A stretch of DNA of 64,000 nucleotides, taken from the NCBI GenBank assembly GCA_030704615.1, contig CM060734.1:6634001-6698000 (forward strand). Direction: 5' to 3'. The notes under the pieces are model-generated. The model worked only from the letters and a program-made list of their open reading frames with translations, was not told the DNA's origin and did not search any database. Both the position numbers and the translations under genes were made by a program. This stretch comes from Takakia lepidozioides (lineage: Eukaryota; Plantae; Bryophyta). The first letter of the stretch is position 1. Every line of letters begins with the position of its first letter. Shown in pieces: positions 25,790 to 37,474 of the stretch.

Positions 25790-28134
25790 CTGTACAGAAG
25801 GCGCATTGCTGCTTTGTCCGCGTTCGGCTGGTCGGTGAACTCGTGGCTCCGGCGGGCATGGGGTATCTCCCGAAAGAATAGGTCGGTTTTGTAGAGCAGA
25901 AAGTACCTCATCACATAGTCGCGTAGGCTCTTTGCTGCAGGAGAAATCTCCATCTTGAACTGATGTGCTTGTGTGTCCAGCTGCTCTTGCGCATTCGTCG
26001 TCACCTGTGGAGATTCTCCATTCGATCGCTTTCCTCAAAAAATACAATGAATCCACCCCCTACAAGAGTAGAAGCGCCAAACAAAGCGTGGGGAAGTACC
26101 TGAAACCACCATGTCATGCGGTTCATCCACATGTCGAATGTGGGGTCAGACAGTTTGTCCGGTTTGGGGAAGCTCCACATGTCCCTTGTACTTTGGGAAC
26201 CATTCCAGATTTGGAGCCACGGGTCTGTCCAACCACCCAGCATATTCGTAAGCGCCAAACACCACAAAAACGAGTTGTTGCCACCACAATTTGGTTAAGA
26301 ATGTATCACCTTTTCTGTTGCATCCACACAGGATGTGGCTAGACGATGGAGCTTCTCCAATGTCATCGTGGGCTTCAGAGCGCGGGAGTAGTGCTTCCCC
26401 ACCTCCACCAGAAAGTCGGCACCAGGGCGGGATCAGCTATGGCCACGTACTTTACCATCCGCGACTTGTACTTTATACGGGCCCTGGCCTCCGCAGCTTT
26501 GAGATACGATACGATTCGAGTGCCGGGAGGGTTAGATTTTTGCCGCCGAGCTTTGATATACGACTTCGAAGTGCCGAGGCAGTGATTTTTCTTCTCCTCT
26601 GACTCCAGGTAGACCTCCGCGCATGTGCCAAAATCTGCTGAAATTTTTCTCTATCAGAATCGGCACATAAGATTAGATGTCCCACATCCTTCACTCTACC
26701 TCGGAAGAGCATATTGGAGACAGTTGGTGGCAATGAAGGCATCCTCAGTCACCCTGCAATTCCAATCTTCCATCACAACAATACTGAAATGGGAATTTTC
26801 AACAAATATGAGGATTCGCAATGAAATGACTTACAATCGGATGGTCCAAAAGCAAGAGGCGTTGTAACTTACGAGTTGATGTCCGCCATTGCAGCTTTGA
26901 GAAAGCTGCGATCTTTGGGCCCCGCAACCTTCAGCACAACACACTCCACGGCGAAATGCCAATCGAGGTTGTTGGGGGGGGCTTCGGCTATGTGCTCAAT
27001 CCATGCCAGGAGGCGATGATTGCCGTCCCACACATAAAACATCTTACCGGACAAGTGCTGGAAAAGAGGATCAGTAGCAATCGTTCTCTGAACTCCTCAT
27101 TTCGCCTTTGCCAATGGGGACCCCCATTTGTCCACCTCATCGGAAGTGTGGGCACGGGAAGCTCCGTGGTCGTTCTCAATGAAACGTAAAACGCGGCAGA
27201 CCCCATTCGATATCCATCCCGGAAGAGAATTTCAGCTTGTCGATATTGCCTGAGGGTAGGTCTCACCACCTGCAATGACACCAGCGGCAAAGGGGAATTC
27301 GAAGCTTGGCCGGGTTACACCATGCCCCCCCAGCACCCTGCCTATTTGCTGTGTTTGCCTCCAACATCTTGGCAACGGCCAACTTCATATCCGCCTCCGA
27401 CATGACGTCTGTTGCAGAGGGGTTCTCCGGCAGCCCACCAGGACCGCCAAATCCAGCCTGTATGCTGTGGGTTTTGGGCCTGGGGATGTCCGGGAGGATG
27501 TCATCCTGGTCAGAAAGCTCCCTGTCGCCCTCCTCAACATGTCAGCCACCGGCGAAACCACCTCAAGCACTCTCCCGTCTGTACGTCCCTCGCCCCCCCC
27601 GCTTCACCTCGAACTGGCACACATCCGTGCTCTTCTGTGTTCTTTCCTCTCCTCCACTCTCCACCGTATGGGTAATTGCAGGGGCTGCTCTTAGCCCACG
27701 ATGTCTAACCGGTGTGTTACTGCCATCTTTGTGGTGTCTTGGAGGGATCCACCGTCTCTGTGCGTCCCTCGCTTACATTGGCTCTGTCATTTGGGCACCC
27801 TGGCCTCTTCAGTGGCCTTTTCTCTTTTCCTCCTGCTAGCATTCTGTCTCGCATGTTCTTTTGCCCTCTCTTTTGCCCTCTCACGGGCTTTCCTGTTTCT
27901 TACTAGGGCTAGCAGCAGGGGAGCCCTCCAGGACGACCACCTTTGATTGAGGCGAACTGACACCCGCGCGCGCACTGCTCACTCCCCCCTCCGCAGCCTA
28001 TGACGGCTCTCTCGCCGGGATTGCATTGGCTGGCTTTCTTCTTCTTCTTTGCGGGCGGGCCCTACTGCATGTGCATCAACAACCTCCATTGCCGGATCTG
28101 CTGTCCTCACGTCCTCACGCCCTTCACCTGCCAT
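25790..28134 (-). pseudogene. Element A cargo gene, 5' exons including the ParB/Srx-like domain
   Basis: DGYRMGSAAFYVSL and MSGKMFYVWDGNHRLLAWIEHI..VECVVLKV..AMADINS are homologous to 17330-17746. The last exon ends LYR|GT at ~25790, like VYR|GT at ~16171 in B. Many frameshifts. Confidence 0.75.
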
Positions 28135-29214
28135 GCCGCCTGCACCACCTCCCCAATGCTATTCTGGTCGTACTCTCGCTGCAGGTCCTCCCGTCCACCA
28201 CAAAAGGTTTAAGTTTGCCCTCTCGCCCCAAGTTGGGCGATTCAAAACTGCGATGAGTTGGACTGTCGATGTACCACCAGCGTGCCGGGCTCGTCGTCAC
28301 TTTCTCTTCTTCCCAAAAATCGTGAGACCCACATCGGTGCCAAAACAGCATCGCAACGAGCAGCGCAACCACCATAGTGGAACAACAATGAAAACAAAAC
28401 AGTTTGGGAAGTATGGAGTGCCATGGAACAACAATGAAAACAAATCCAACCAATGCCTAAAATGACATGCACAAGCAGCCTTCTCCAGAGCTGCCGGCGT
28501 TGCACACGCATTGCAACTATGTAAGGTTCAACTCAACCGGTAATATGAAACACGATGAACAAATGATCAGGAATTCCATAAGACGGGAAAACAGGGTGAA
28601 ATGTTTGAAGGCACTTCATCTGCTCAGACATTCTTCTCAGCTCAGCATGGATTTCCTTAATTTTAACCACTCACACCTTGATCATTCTTCGCAACAGCTC
28701 CTGCTTTTGCGATGCAACCATATGCTTCCAGCGATGCCAGGATGAAGATGCAAAAGAAAGCGAAACAAACAAAGCGAAAGAAAAGCAAAAGAAGCAACAA
28801 AGCGAAAGCAGAAGTGCTTGCCTGAGAGTACTCGGCTTCAGTTGGCCGGGTTGTGAGCAAGACACTGGAATCTCCTGCGGAGCTTAAGTTTGGCCATGCG
28901 AGAGATTGGCCGTCTCAAAGTACAAAGCTCTCAACTTCCGCCGCGGTCTAGATTTGCTCTCTCAGGAGAGCCACGCCCTTCAGGCGCATAAGTCCCAGCC
29001 AAAAAGAAAAAAGATCTCAATTTTTGGGGTACAATGCCTTCGAATAGAAGTTAATCCAAGTTTAGCAATCAGATTTAGGGTACGTATCGAGGAAGCAACC
29101 GCGGGAATCCCTGTATCGCCAGCCCGAATCAAAACGGACGGCGGTGGACATTTAATGCCCAACTACGCAATTAAATGTCGGATGAAGCCCTCCCGTGTCG
29201 ATGAAATGTGACGC

Positions 29215-30097
29215 AACTCGGCCCCCGAATTTCCAACGTAGAGGTAATTCGGAGCGCTGCAGGATGGAGAATCCGCGCTGGATTTCCATCCTGCAGGTAA
29301 TTCGGAGCGCGGATAAATGGAAATCCGCGCCGGATTTCCATCCGCCAGGTAGGGCGGCGCGCAAAATTCCGTCACGCAAGGTAATTCTACGCGCGGATGG
29401 ATGGAAATCCGGCACCGGATTTCCATCCGCCAGGTAGGGCGGCGCGCGAAATTTCCGTCACGCAGGTATTCTGCGCGCGGATGGATGAAATCCGGCGCCG
29501 GATTTCCATCCGCCAGGTAGGACGGCGCGCCAAATTTTCGTCATGCTGGTAATACATCGGAGCCAGATGGATGGAAATCCGGCGCCGGATTTCACATCCG
29601 CCAGGTAGGGCGGCGCGCCAAATTTTCGTCATGCAGGTAATTCGAAGCAGCCGCAGGATGGAAATTCGGCGCCAAATTTCCATCCTGCAGGTAATTTCAA
29701 GCGCCGAATTTTCGTCATGCAGGTAATTCGGAGCCCGGATGGATGGAAATTCGGCGCCGAATTTCCATCCAGCAGGTAACTCGGATCGCTGGCGGATGGA
29801 GATTCGGCGCCGAACTTCCATCCGCCAGGTAAGTCTAAGCGCCGAATTACCATCCTGCAAGTAATTCTGAGCGTGGCCGCTTGGTTTTTCGGAGAAAAAC
29901 CACGTAAACTGTTAGTTTTGTGGCTGAAGTCCACTTTTAGACACGTTTTTCATGGACTCCTCGACTGCTAGAGGGAAAATCGGAACGGCCCCGGACGGAA
30001 ATTCGGCGCCGTTTTTCCATCCTGGAGGTTTTTTATATATCGTCCAGTTTTTTTGGCCTCACCACCACCCCCGGACTTCCTTTGATGGGGCCCGGAT
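29215..30097. repeat. A-type palindrome array between the cargo and transposase genes (left part)
   Basis: Repeated GGAAAT(T/C)CGGCGCCG(A/G)ATTTCC. A perfect 30-bp palindrome GGATGGAAATTCGGCGCCGAATTTCCATCC lies at 29741-29770. Confidence 0.9.
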
Positions 30098-33000
30098 TGT
30101 CGCAGCCCTTTGCCTTGAGGGCAGGGGTCGGGACACATGAAGGGGCTGCCCCTGTGGTGGGGGCAGCAGCAGCGATAGGTATGGGGGGCTGAAGCACCCT
30201 TGAGTGCCCAAGGCACTCAAGGAGGCGGAGGCGCTCACTAGGTGGAGCCCCGCACACGGGTTGCGGTGGGGGGGGTGGCTCCACAAGGGGTGGTGGTGTG
30301 TAGCTAGAGTCGAGGGTTTTCGTGGTGGTTCGCCATAAAATGGTATGGCTGGTTGTAACCCCCGCGGACACTACAGAAGTATATATAGGGAGTAGTATAA
30401 CCCCGAGAACGGTGCAAGCCCGTTGGTGACCAAATTAGTGAGTAAGCGAGCGAGCCGGACAGCGACCAAAGAGTGGGGAGACTGTTCCGGACTGCCAACT
30501 ACCAAAGGGAATTCCCCTGGTTCCAAATCGGTGGAGGGTTCTTGGAGAACAAAGGGGAACCGTTATGCCCGGTGAGCAGCCGAAGCTCCAGTTGGCCCGG
30601 CGGCCCGGTGGGAGTCAGGCGCGCGCATCAAGCGAGGAACTATGACTTGAGGGGGAGATTACCGAAGTGAGGTGCGCGACACTTGGTATCAGACTTTTTT
30701 GAGCAAATCCGGAGCGGTCATAGATGGTCCGCAAGAAGTAGTACACGCTGCCATGTGAGAATGGTGGCGAGGTCTTACGAGTGTCGAAATGCCCAAACCC
30801 GTGGGAGGGCGAATAAACCTTCTGTCAGCAAAGGAGTGGGCCCGGAGGAGGCACACGAGCCCAGTTTTTTGCTCTACATTAGAGAAGTGAAGGCAGAAGG
30901 CGATGGGGGCCGAGCCCAGATTGGATCAAGGAGATTTTGGAGAAATACCAGGATGTGATGCCGGAGGATTTAGCAAGCGGTTTGCCACCGCGACGAGGAG
31001 TTGACCACAAGATTGAGGTGATACCGGGATCGAAACCGCCTGCCAAGGCGCCCTACCAGTTGAGCCACAGAGAGATGGTCGAGCAGAAGACTCAACTTAA
31101 AGATCTAATGTCAAAGGGGGTACATCCGGCCGAGTAAGTCACCTTACGAGCCCCGTGCTATTTGCAGATAAAAAGGATGGGACGTGCGGATGTGTGTCGA
31201 TTACAGGGCTCTGAATAAGGTGACTATCAAAAAACCGGTACCCTTTGCCAAGGATCAACAACCTCTTCGATCGGTGGTAGGAGCGAAGTATTTCAGCCGG
31301 ATTGACTTGCGCTTCGGCTATCATCAAATTCGCGTGGCGGAAGGAGATGAGGAGAAGACCGCGTGCAGGACAAGGTATGGTTCATATGAGTTCTTGGTGA
31401 TGCCTTTTGGGCTACCAATGCACCAGCGACATTTAGCACGCTGATGACAGCCTTTTTCAGGAGTGGTTGATACTTTGTGATCGTGTACATCGACGACATC
31501 TTGGTGTACTCGAAAACAAGGAGGACCACCTGAGCACCTCAAAAGGGTGTTCCAAAAATTGCGAGAAGGGAAGCTGTATGCCAAGTTTCAAAGTGTGAAT
31601 TCGGGGTCACAAAAGTGGAGTTCCTGAGGCATGTGATTACACAGGATGGGATCAAAATGGGATGACAGCAAGGTGAGGGGATCTTGGACTGGGAGCCCCC
31701 TCCGACTCGGTCTCGGAGTGCGATCCTTCCTAGGACTCGCCTCTATTACCGGAAGTAGTGAGAAATTTCGCCAAGATCGCGGGGGCCGCTGTCAGACCTT
31801 CTGTGTAAATCCAAAGTCTGGGTATGGAACACCTTGTGTGGCCAAGCTTTTGCTGAATTGAAGCAGCGGATGGCGGAAGCTCCAGTCTTGAAAATCCCGG
31901 AGTTCGATGTCCGTTCGAGATACATACAGATGCGTCGGACCTCGCGATTGGGGGTGTACTGATGCAAGATGGACGTCCAATGGCTTACGAAAGTAAGAAA
32001 CTGAATGAAGTGGAGCGACCGTGGCAGACGCAGACGAAAAGAGATGAAGGCGGTGTGCACTGTCTTGAGCTTTGTGCCACTATGTTGGTTCCAACCCAGT
32101 GAAGGTGTTCACGGACAATGTCACGGTGAAGTATTTTGCCACGCAGCCCAAGTTGTCCCCAAACAACTTAGGTGGCAAGATACTTTGCGGTGTTCGACGT
32201 GGATATCCAGTACAAACCGGGACAAGACAACGTGGTGGCCGATGCTTTAAGTAGAAAGCAACAGCTCTTGTTGGGTGTACAAGGGCGAGACGGCGCTCCA
32301 AAGGAAGATCCGAAGGCTTGCCGGAAGGATGAGCTGGCGAAGTCCGTGATCAGGACTTGAGGATGGGGGTGAAATCGCATTTCCACTTGCAAAATGGACT
32401 GCTCCGGTATAAGCCAAAGCGTCTCTACGTGCCGAAGGAGGATCAGAGATAGCCTCTTGAGAGAATGCCATGATACCCGCTTGCGGGCACGGCGGAGCCA
32501 AGCGCACTGAGGCACTCTTGAAGAAAGAGTATTTCTGGCCAAACTGAGGAGGAGGCGAGGAGTATGTCAAGACATGCACCACTTGGCCAACAAAACCGGA
32601 GTGAGTACAAAAAGCAAGCGGGGCTGTTACAACCCTTGCCGATTCCAGAGGGGACTTGGGAAGCGTCTTGATGGATTTCATGACTGCTATGCCGCTGTCA
32701 AAAGGATTCGATGCAATCATGGTGGTGGTGGATAGGTTCAGTAAAATGGGTCATTTCATCCCCACCAAGGAGATGGCAACGGCACAGGAAACATGGCGAT
32801 TTTACTTCGCCCACGTCTTAAAGCATCATGGAGTCCCAAAGGATATTGTCTCGGACCGCGATCCAAAGTTTACGAGTATTTTGGAGGGCACTTTGGAAGA
32901 AGATGGGGACGAGGCCTGAAGATGAGCACCGCCTTCCGACCTACGACCGACGGCCAAACGGAAAGAGTGAATTCCGTAGTGAAGCAAATCTTGCGGAATT

Positions 33001-35329
33001 ACGTGTCGACAGACCAATCAGACTGGGTGGACACTTAGACGCGGTAGAGTTTTGTTATAACTACCACAGAACACTCCGCAACGGGAGTTTCCCCTTTCGT
33101 ATTGGTCTATGGAAAAGCACCTGTGGTGCCGACAAGTTGGGCCGCCCAGGACGTTGAGGACCCGCAGTAGCGGCGGTACTGGAAGAACGCGAGCGTTTGT
33201 TGAAGCTCGCAAAGTACAACCATTGCCAAAGCTAGGAAACGGTATGAAAGGCAGGCGAATCGGAAGCGGAGGGAGTGAAGTTTGAGGCAGACACGGAGGT
33301 CTGGTGAACATCAAGAATTTCCGACTACCTCCGAAGTGAGTCCAAAGTTCGTACTTCCGTATGCGGGACCCTTTCGCATCCGGAAGTTATGAATGAGGAT
33401 GTGTATGAATTGGAGCTACCGGCAAACAACAGGTGCATCCAGTATTTCACGTCTCGTTTTTGAAGCCTTACTTCAAAGATGAAGCGCGTCCGAATCGGCG
33501 GCATCAAGTGTTGCGTCCGCCACCTGTGCTGTTGGATCATGAAAATGAACCTGAGTACGAGGTGGAGGCAGTACTTAAGTCGAGGAGGTTCAAGAACCAG
33601 AAAAACGAGTATCTCGTCAAATGGAAGGGCTATCATCATGTGGAGGCATCTTGGGTGCGTGCCTCAGAAATGGGAAACGCATCCGAGGCGGTTGCAGTTT
33701 TCGAAGGGCGACCTCAAAAGTGGAAGAAGCGTTTGATGGACATCAACCTTAGAGCGTGGGGGAGGAAATGCATGCTTAGCCCGGCTTAAGCTAGCTCAGG
33801 AATCCGATTGCAAAAACTTGTATTGTAACAAAAATTTGTTATAAAGGAAATGGGTTCCAAATGTTGTGTGTCCTATTTTGTTTGGAATGGTGATGCATGT
33901 GTGGTTGGCTAGTCTGTAGAATGCATGCTAGCTTACAAAAGTGGGAGAGGTAAATGGGTTAATCGTGTGTTTGCGCAGTCCGAAATCGAGTGACTCCCAC
34001 CCAGGGGCAAGGAAACATGCGCCTTCTTTGGGAGTTCACGTGCTAGTGCGCACCTGGCGCGTGCGCGTACTATAACTGCGTCTACCGAGTGGTTGCCTTG
34101 TAGTGCGGGCTAACACGGAAGCTATGTGCTTCGTTCACGTACTATAATCGTGTAGCCTCGGGACGAAGTCGTAGTGTTCCTACCTTAGGCCAGCATTCCA
34201 AGACGGACCCAATTGTAGTGATTGGGGCGCACGGTGGGTCAAGGTTATCTTCCTAGTCAAAGGGGTTCGAGGTGAACCCTTGCGTCAAAGTGATGCCAAA
34301 AGCGGCATCAGAGGCGATCGCAAGCAATGTTGTTGCAGTAAGGCGATTTGAGCCTCGGGGAGGATCGTTCCTTGACCTTGAAGAGGCCAAGAAGAGTGCA
34401 CTGGGAGGAGCTTGAGAGGCTCCACCCCTGGCCGGGACTTGGAGGAAGTCGGCCGAACTAGCTAGTGGAGAGTAGAGTCAAGTGTGGGGTTTGGTTCTTT
34501 GCCATGGGACGCCTTGGTACGAAAACAAAAAAACTCTTGATGTGGGACGCCACAACTTGGATGTTCGTTTCTACAAAATGGACAAGTCGATGAGGACATC
34601 AACTCCCTGTTGGTAGGGGTGTGTGTCGCGGCCCTTTGCCTTGAGGGCAAGGGGTCGGGACACAGAGGGGCTGCCCCTGTGGTGGGGGCAGCAGCAGCGA
34701 TAGGTATGGGGGCTGAAGCACCTTGAGTGCCAAGGCACTCAGGAGGCGGAGGCGCTCACTAGGTGGAGCCCTGCACACCGGTTGCGGTGGGGGTGCTCCA
34801 CAAGGGTTGGTGGTAGCTTAGCGGGACGTAGTGGGGTGGCATAGGACTCACCATGGAGGCGGAGACCTCGTGGTGGGAGTCGTGGGGAGTCTTGGGACTC
34901 ATCACGGTCCATAGGGGCCGTGGTAGTGGGCCAAGACTCACCGCGACTCATCACCGGGAGTCGAGGGTTTTTCGTGGTGGTTCGCCATAAATGCATTGCT
35001 GGTTGTGAACCCCCGCGGACAGCTACAGAAGTATAATAGGGATAGTAACCCCGAGAACGGTGCAAGCCCGTGGGTGACCAAAAACTAGTGAGTAAGCGAG
35101 CGAGCCGAAAGCGACCAAATAGTGGGGAGCTTTTCCGGACTGCCAACTACCCAGGGAATTCCCGCTGGTTTCCAAATCGGTGGAGGGTTCTTTGGGAGAA
35201 CATGGGGTACCTTATGCCCCGTGAGTCGCCGAAGCTCCAAGTTGGCCCGGCTGCCAGGTTGGGGTCATGCGTGCGCAATCAAAGCGAGTACGACTTGAGG
35301 GGGAGATTAATGAAGTGAGGTGCACGACG
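30098..35329 (+). mobile_element. Ty3/gypsy chromovirus, copy 1 (gag and most of the protease deleted, heavily frameshifted)
   Basis: LTRs 30098-30681 and 34624-35329; TSD CGGAT; PBS TGGTATCAGA at 30684. RT ([13 protein letters not shown]), RNase H, integrase and chromodomain (EYEVEAVLK..YLVKWKGY) fragments. Confidence 0.92.
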
Positions 35330-35367
35330 CGGATGGAATTCGGCGTCCGAATTTCCATCCGGGGGAT

Positions 35368-36217
35368 TGTCGCGGCCCTTGGCCTTGAGGGCAGGGGGTA
35401 CGGGACCTAATAGGGGCTGCCCCTGTGGTGGGGCAGTGGCAGCGATAGGTATGGGGGGCTGAAGCCCCTTGAGTGCCCAAGGCACTCATGAGGCAGAGTG
35501 CCGCTGCCCTTTGCCTTGAGGGCAGGGTGTCGGGACACATAGGTGCGGTCCCCTGTGGTGGGGCAGTGGTAGTGATAGGTATGGGGCTGAAGCACCCTTG
35601 AGTGCCCAGGCACTCACGGAGGCAGACGGCGCTCACTAGGTGGAGCCCCGCACACCAGTGGTTGCGGTGGGTGGGTGGCTCCACAAGGGGTGGTGTAGCT
35701 TAGCGGGACTTAGTGGGGGTGGCATAGGACTCACCCTGGGGCGGAGACCTCGTGGTGGAGTCGTGGGGAGTCTTGGGACTCATCACGGTCCATAGGGGCC
35801 GTGGTGGGGGGGCCAAGACTCACCGCGACTCATCACCGGGAGTTGAGGGTGTTTGTGGTGGTTCGCCATAAAATGGCATGGTTGTTTGTGAAACCCCCGC
35901 GACAGCTACGAAGTATATATAGTGGAGTAGTAACCCCAAGACGGTGCAACCCGTTGGTGACCAAAAACTAGTGAGTAAGCAAGCGAGCCGGAAAGCGACC
36001 AAAGAGTGGGAGCTGTTCCGGACTGCCAACTACCAAAGGGAATTCCGCTGGTTCCAAATCGTTGGAGGGTTCTTTGGGAGATCAAAGGGGGGACCGTTAT
36101 GCCCCGCTAAGCAGCCGGAGCTCCAAGTTGTCCCGGCGCCAGGTTGGGATTCAGGCGCGCGCATCAGCGAGTAACTATGACTTGAGGGGAGAGCTTACCG
36201 AAGTGAGGTGCGCGACA
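35368..36217 (+). mobile_element. Solo LTR of the same chromovirus family, with an internal duplication of its 5' part
   Basis: TGTCGCG...CGCGACA termini. TSD GGGAT at 35363-35367 and 36218-36222. Confidence 0.9.
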
Positions 36218-37210
36218 GGGATGCTCTCTGTCGGACAGGTGCCGTCCTCTCGCCCAAGGCGACTTCATCCGGGCGTCCCCTGTTGGATTTCGTCGGTGCC
36301 GAATTTCCCAGTCCGGGGTTGAAATGTGACGGCCAGGTGCCGTCCTCTCCCCCCTCCCCGACTGCATCCGAATGGCCCCAGATGGAAATTCGGCGCCGTT
36401 TTTTCCATCCGGGAGGTTTTATATGTCGACCAGTTTTCGGCCTGACCCCCCGACACGACTTCCTTTGGGGGGGGCCCGGATGGAAATTCGCGCCGAATCT
36501 CCATCCAGGGGATGCTCTCTGTCGGACACGTGCCGGCCTCTCCGCCCGAGGCGACTTCATCCGGGCGTCCCCTGTTGGATATTGGGTGCCGAATTTCCGT
36601 CTGGGGGTTGAAATGTGACGGCCAGGTGCCCCCTCTCTCCCCCCTCCCCGACTGCATCCGAACGGCCCCGGATGGAAATTTGGCGCCGTTTTTCCATCCA
36701 GGGAGGTTTTTATTGACCAATTTTCGGCCGACCCCCCTACACGACTTCCTTTGGGGGGGCCCGGATGGAAATTCGGCGCCGATCTCCATCCAGGGGATGC
36801 TCTCTGTCGGACACCATGCCGGCCTCTCCGCCCGAGGCGACTTCATCCGGCGTCCCTGTTGGATATTGGGTGCCGAATTTCCGTCTAGGGGTTGAAATGT
36901 GACGGCCATGTGCCGGCCTCTCCCCCCCTCCCCGACTGCCTCCGACGGCCCGGTGAAATTCGACGCCGTTTTTTCCATCCGGGGAGGTTTTTATGTCGGC
37001 TTGTTTTCGGCCTGACCCCCCGACACGACTTCCTTTGGGGGGATCCGGATGAAATTCGCGCTGAATTTCCATCTGGGGATGTTTCTCTCTGTCGGACAGG
37101 TGCCGGCCTCTCTGCCCCAGGCGACTTCATCATCCGTGCGGCCCCGTTGGATATTCGGTGCCGATTTCCATTCGGGGTAGTAATGTGACGGCACGGTGCC
37201 GGCTTCTCCC
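36218..37210. repeat. ~290-bp tandem repeat (~3.5 units) carrying A-type palindromes
   Basis: GGGATG(C/TT)TCTCTGTCGGACA recurs at ~36218, 36508, 36794 and 37076. It continues the array at 29990-30097. Confidence 0.88.
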
Positions 37211-37474
37211 CTTCAGCCCGACATCATCCGACGGCCCCCCCACTTTCTGACTGCATACCGTTGGCATTTATTGAGCAAAGACCAGGGGCGCATTCTGGAG
37301 ACAAGTTCATTAACACTCTGACTGTGGATTTTTGAGATAGTTGGCTCCCTGGATTTGGATCAGGCTTTGTCGCTCGGACAAATCGGGTCACTTGCATTCC
37401 TTCCCATCGCTGCATCCCCCTTCTACCAGGAGCTTGCCCGCACGCCATCCTGGCAGTCTGTGTGCACATCTCCC

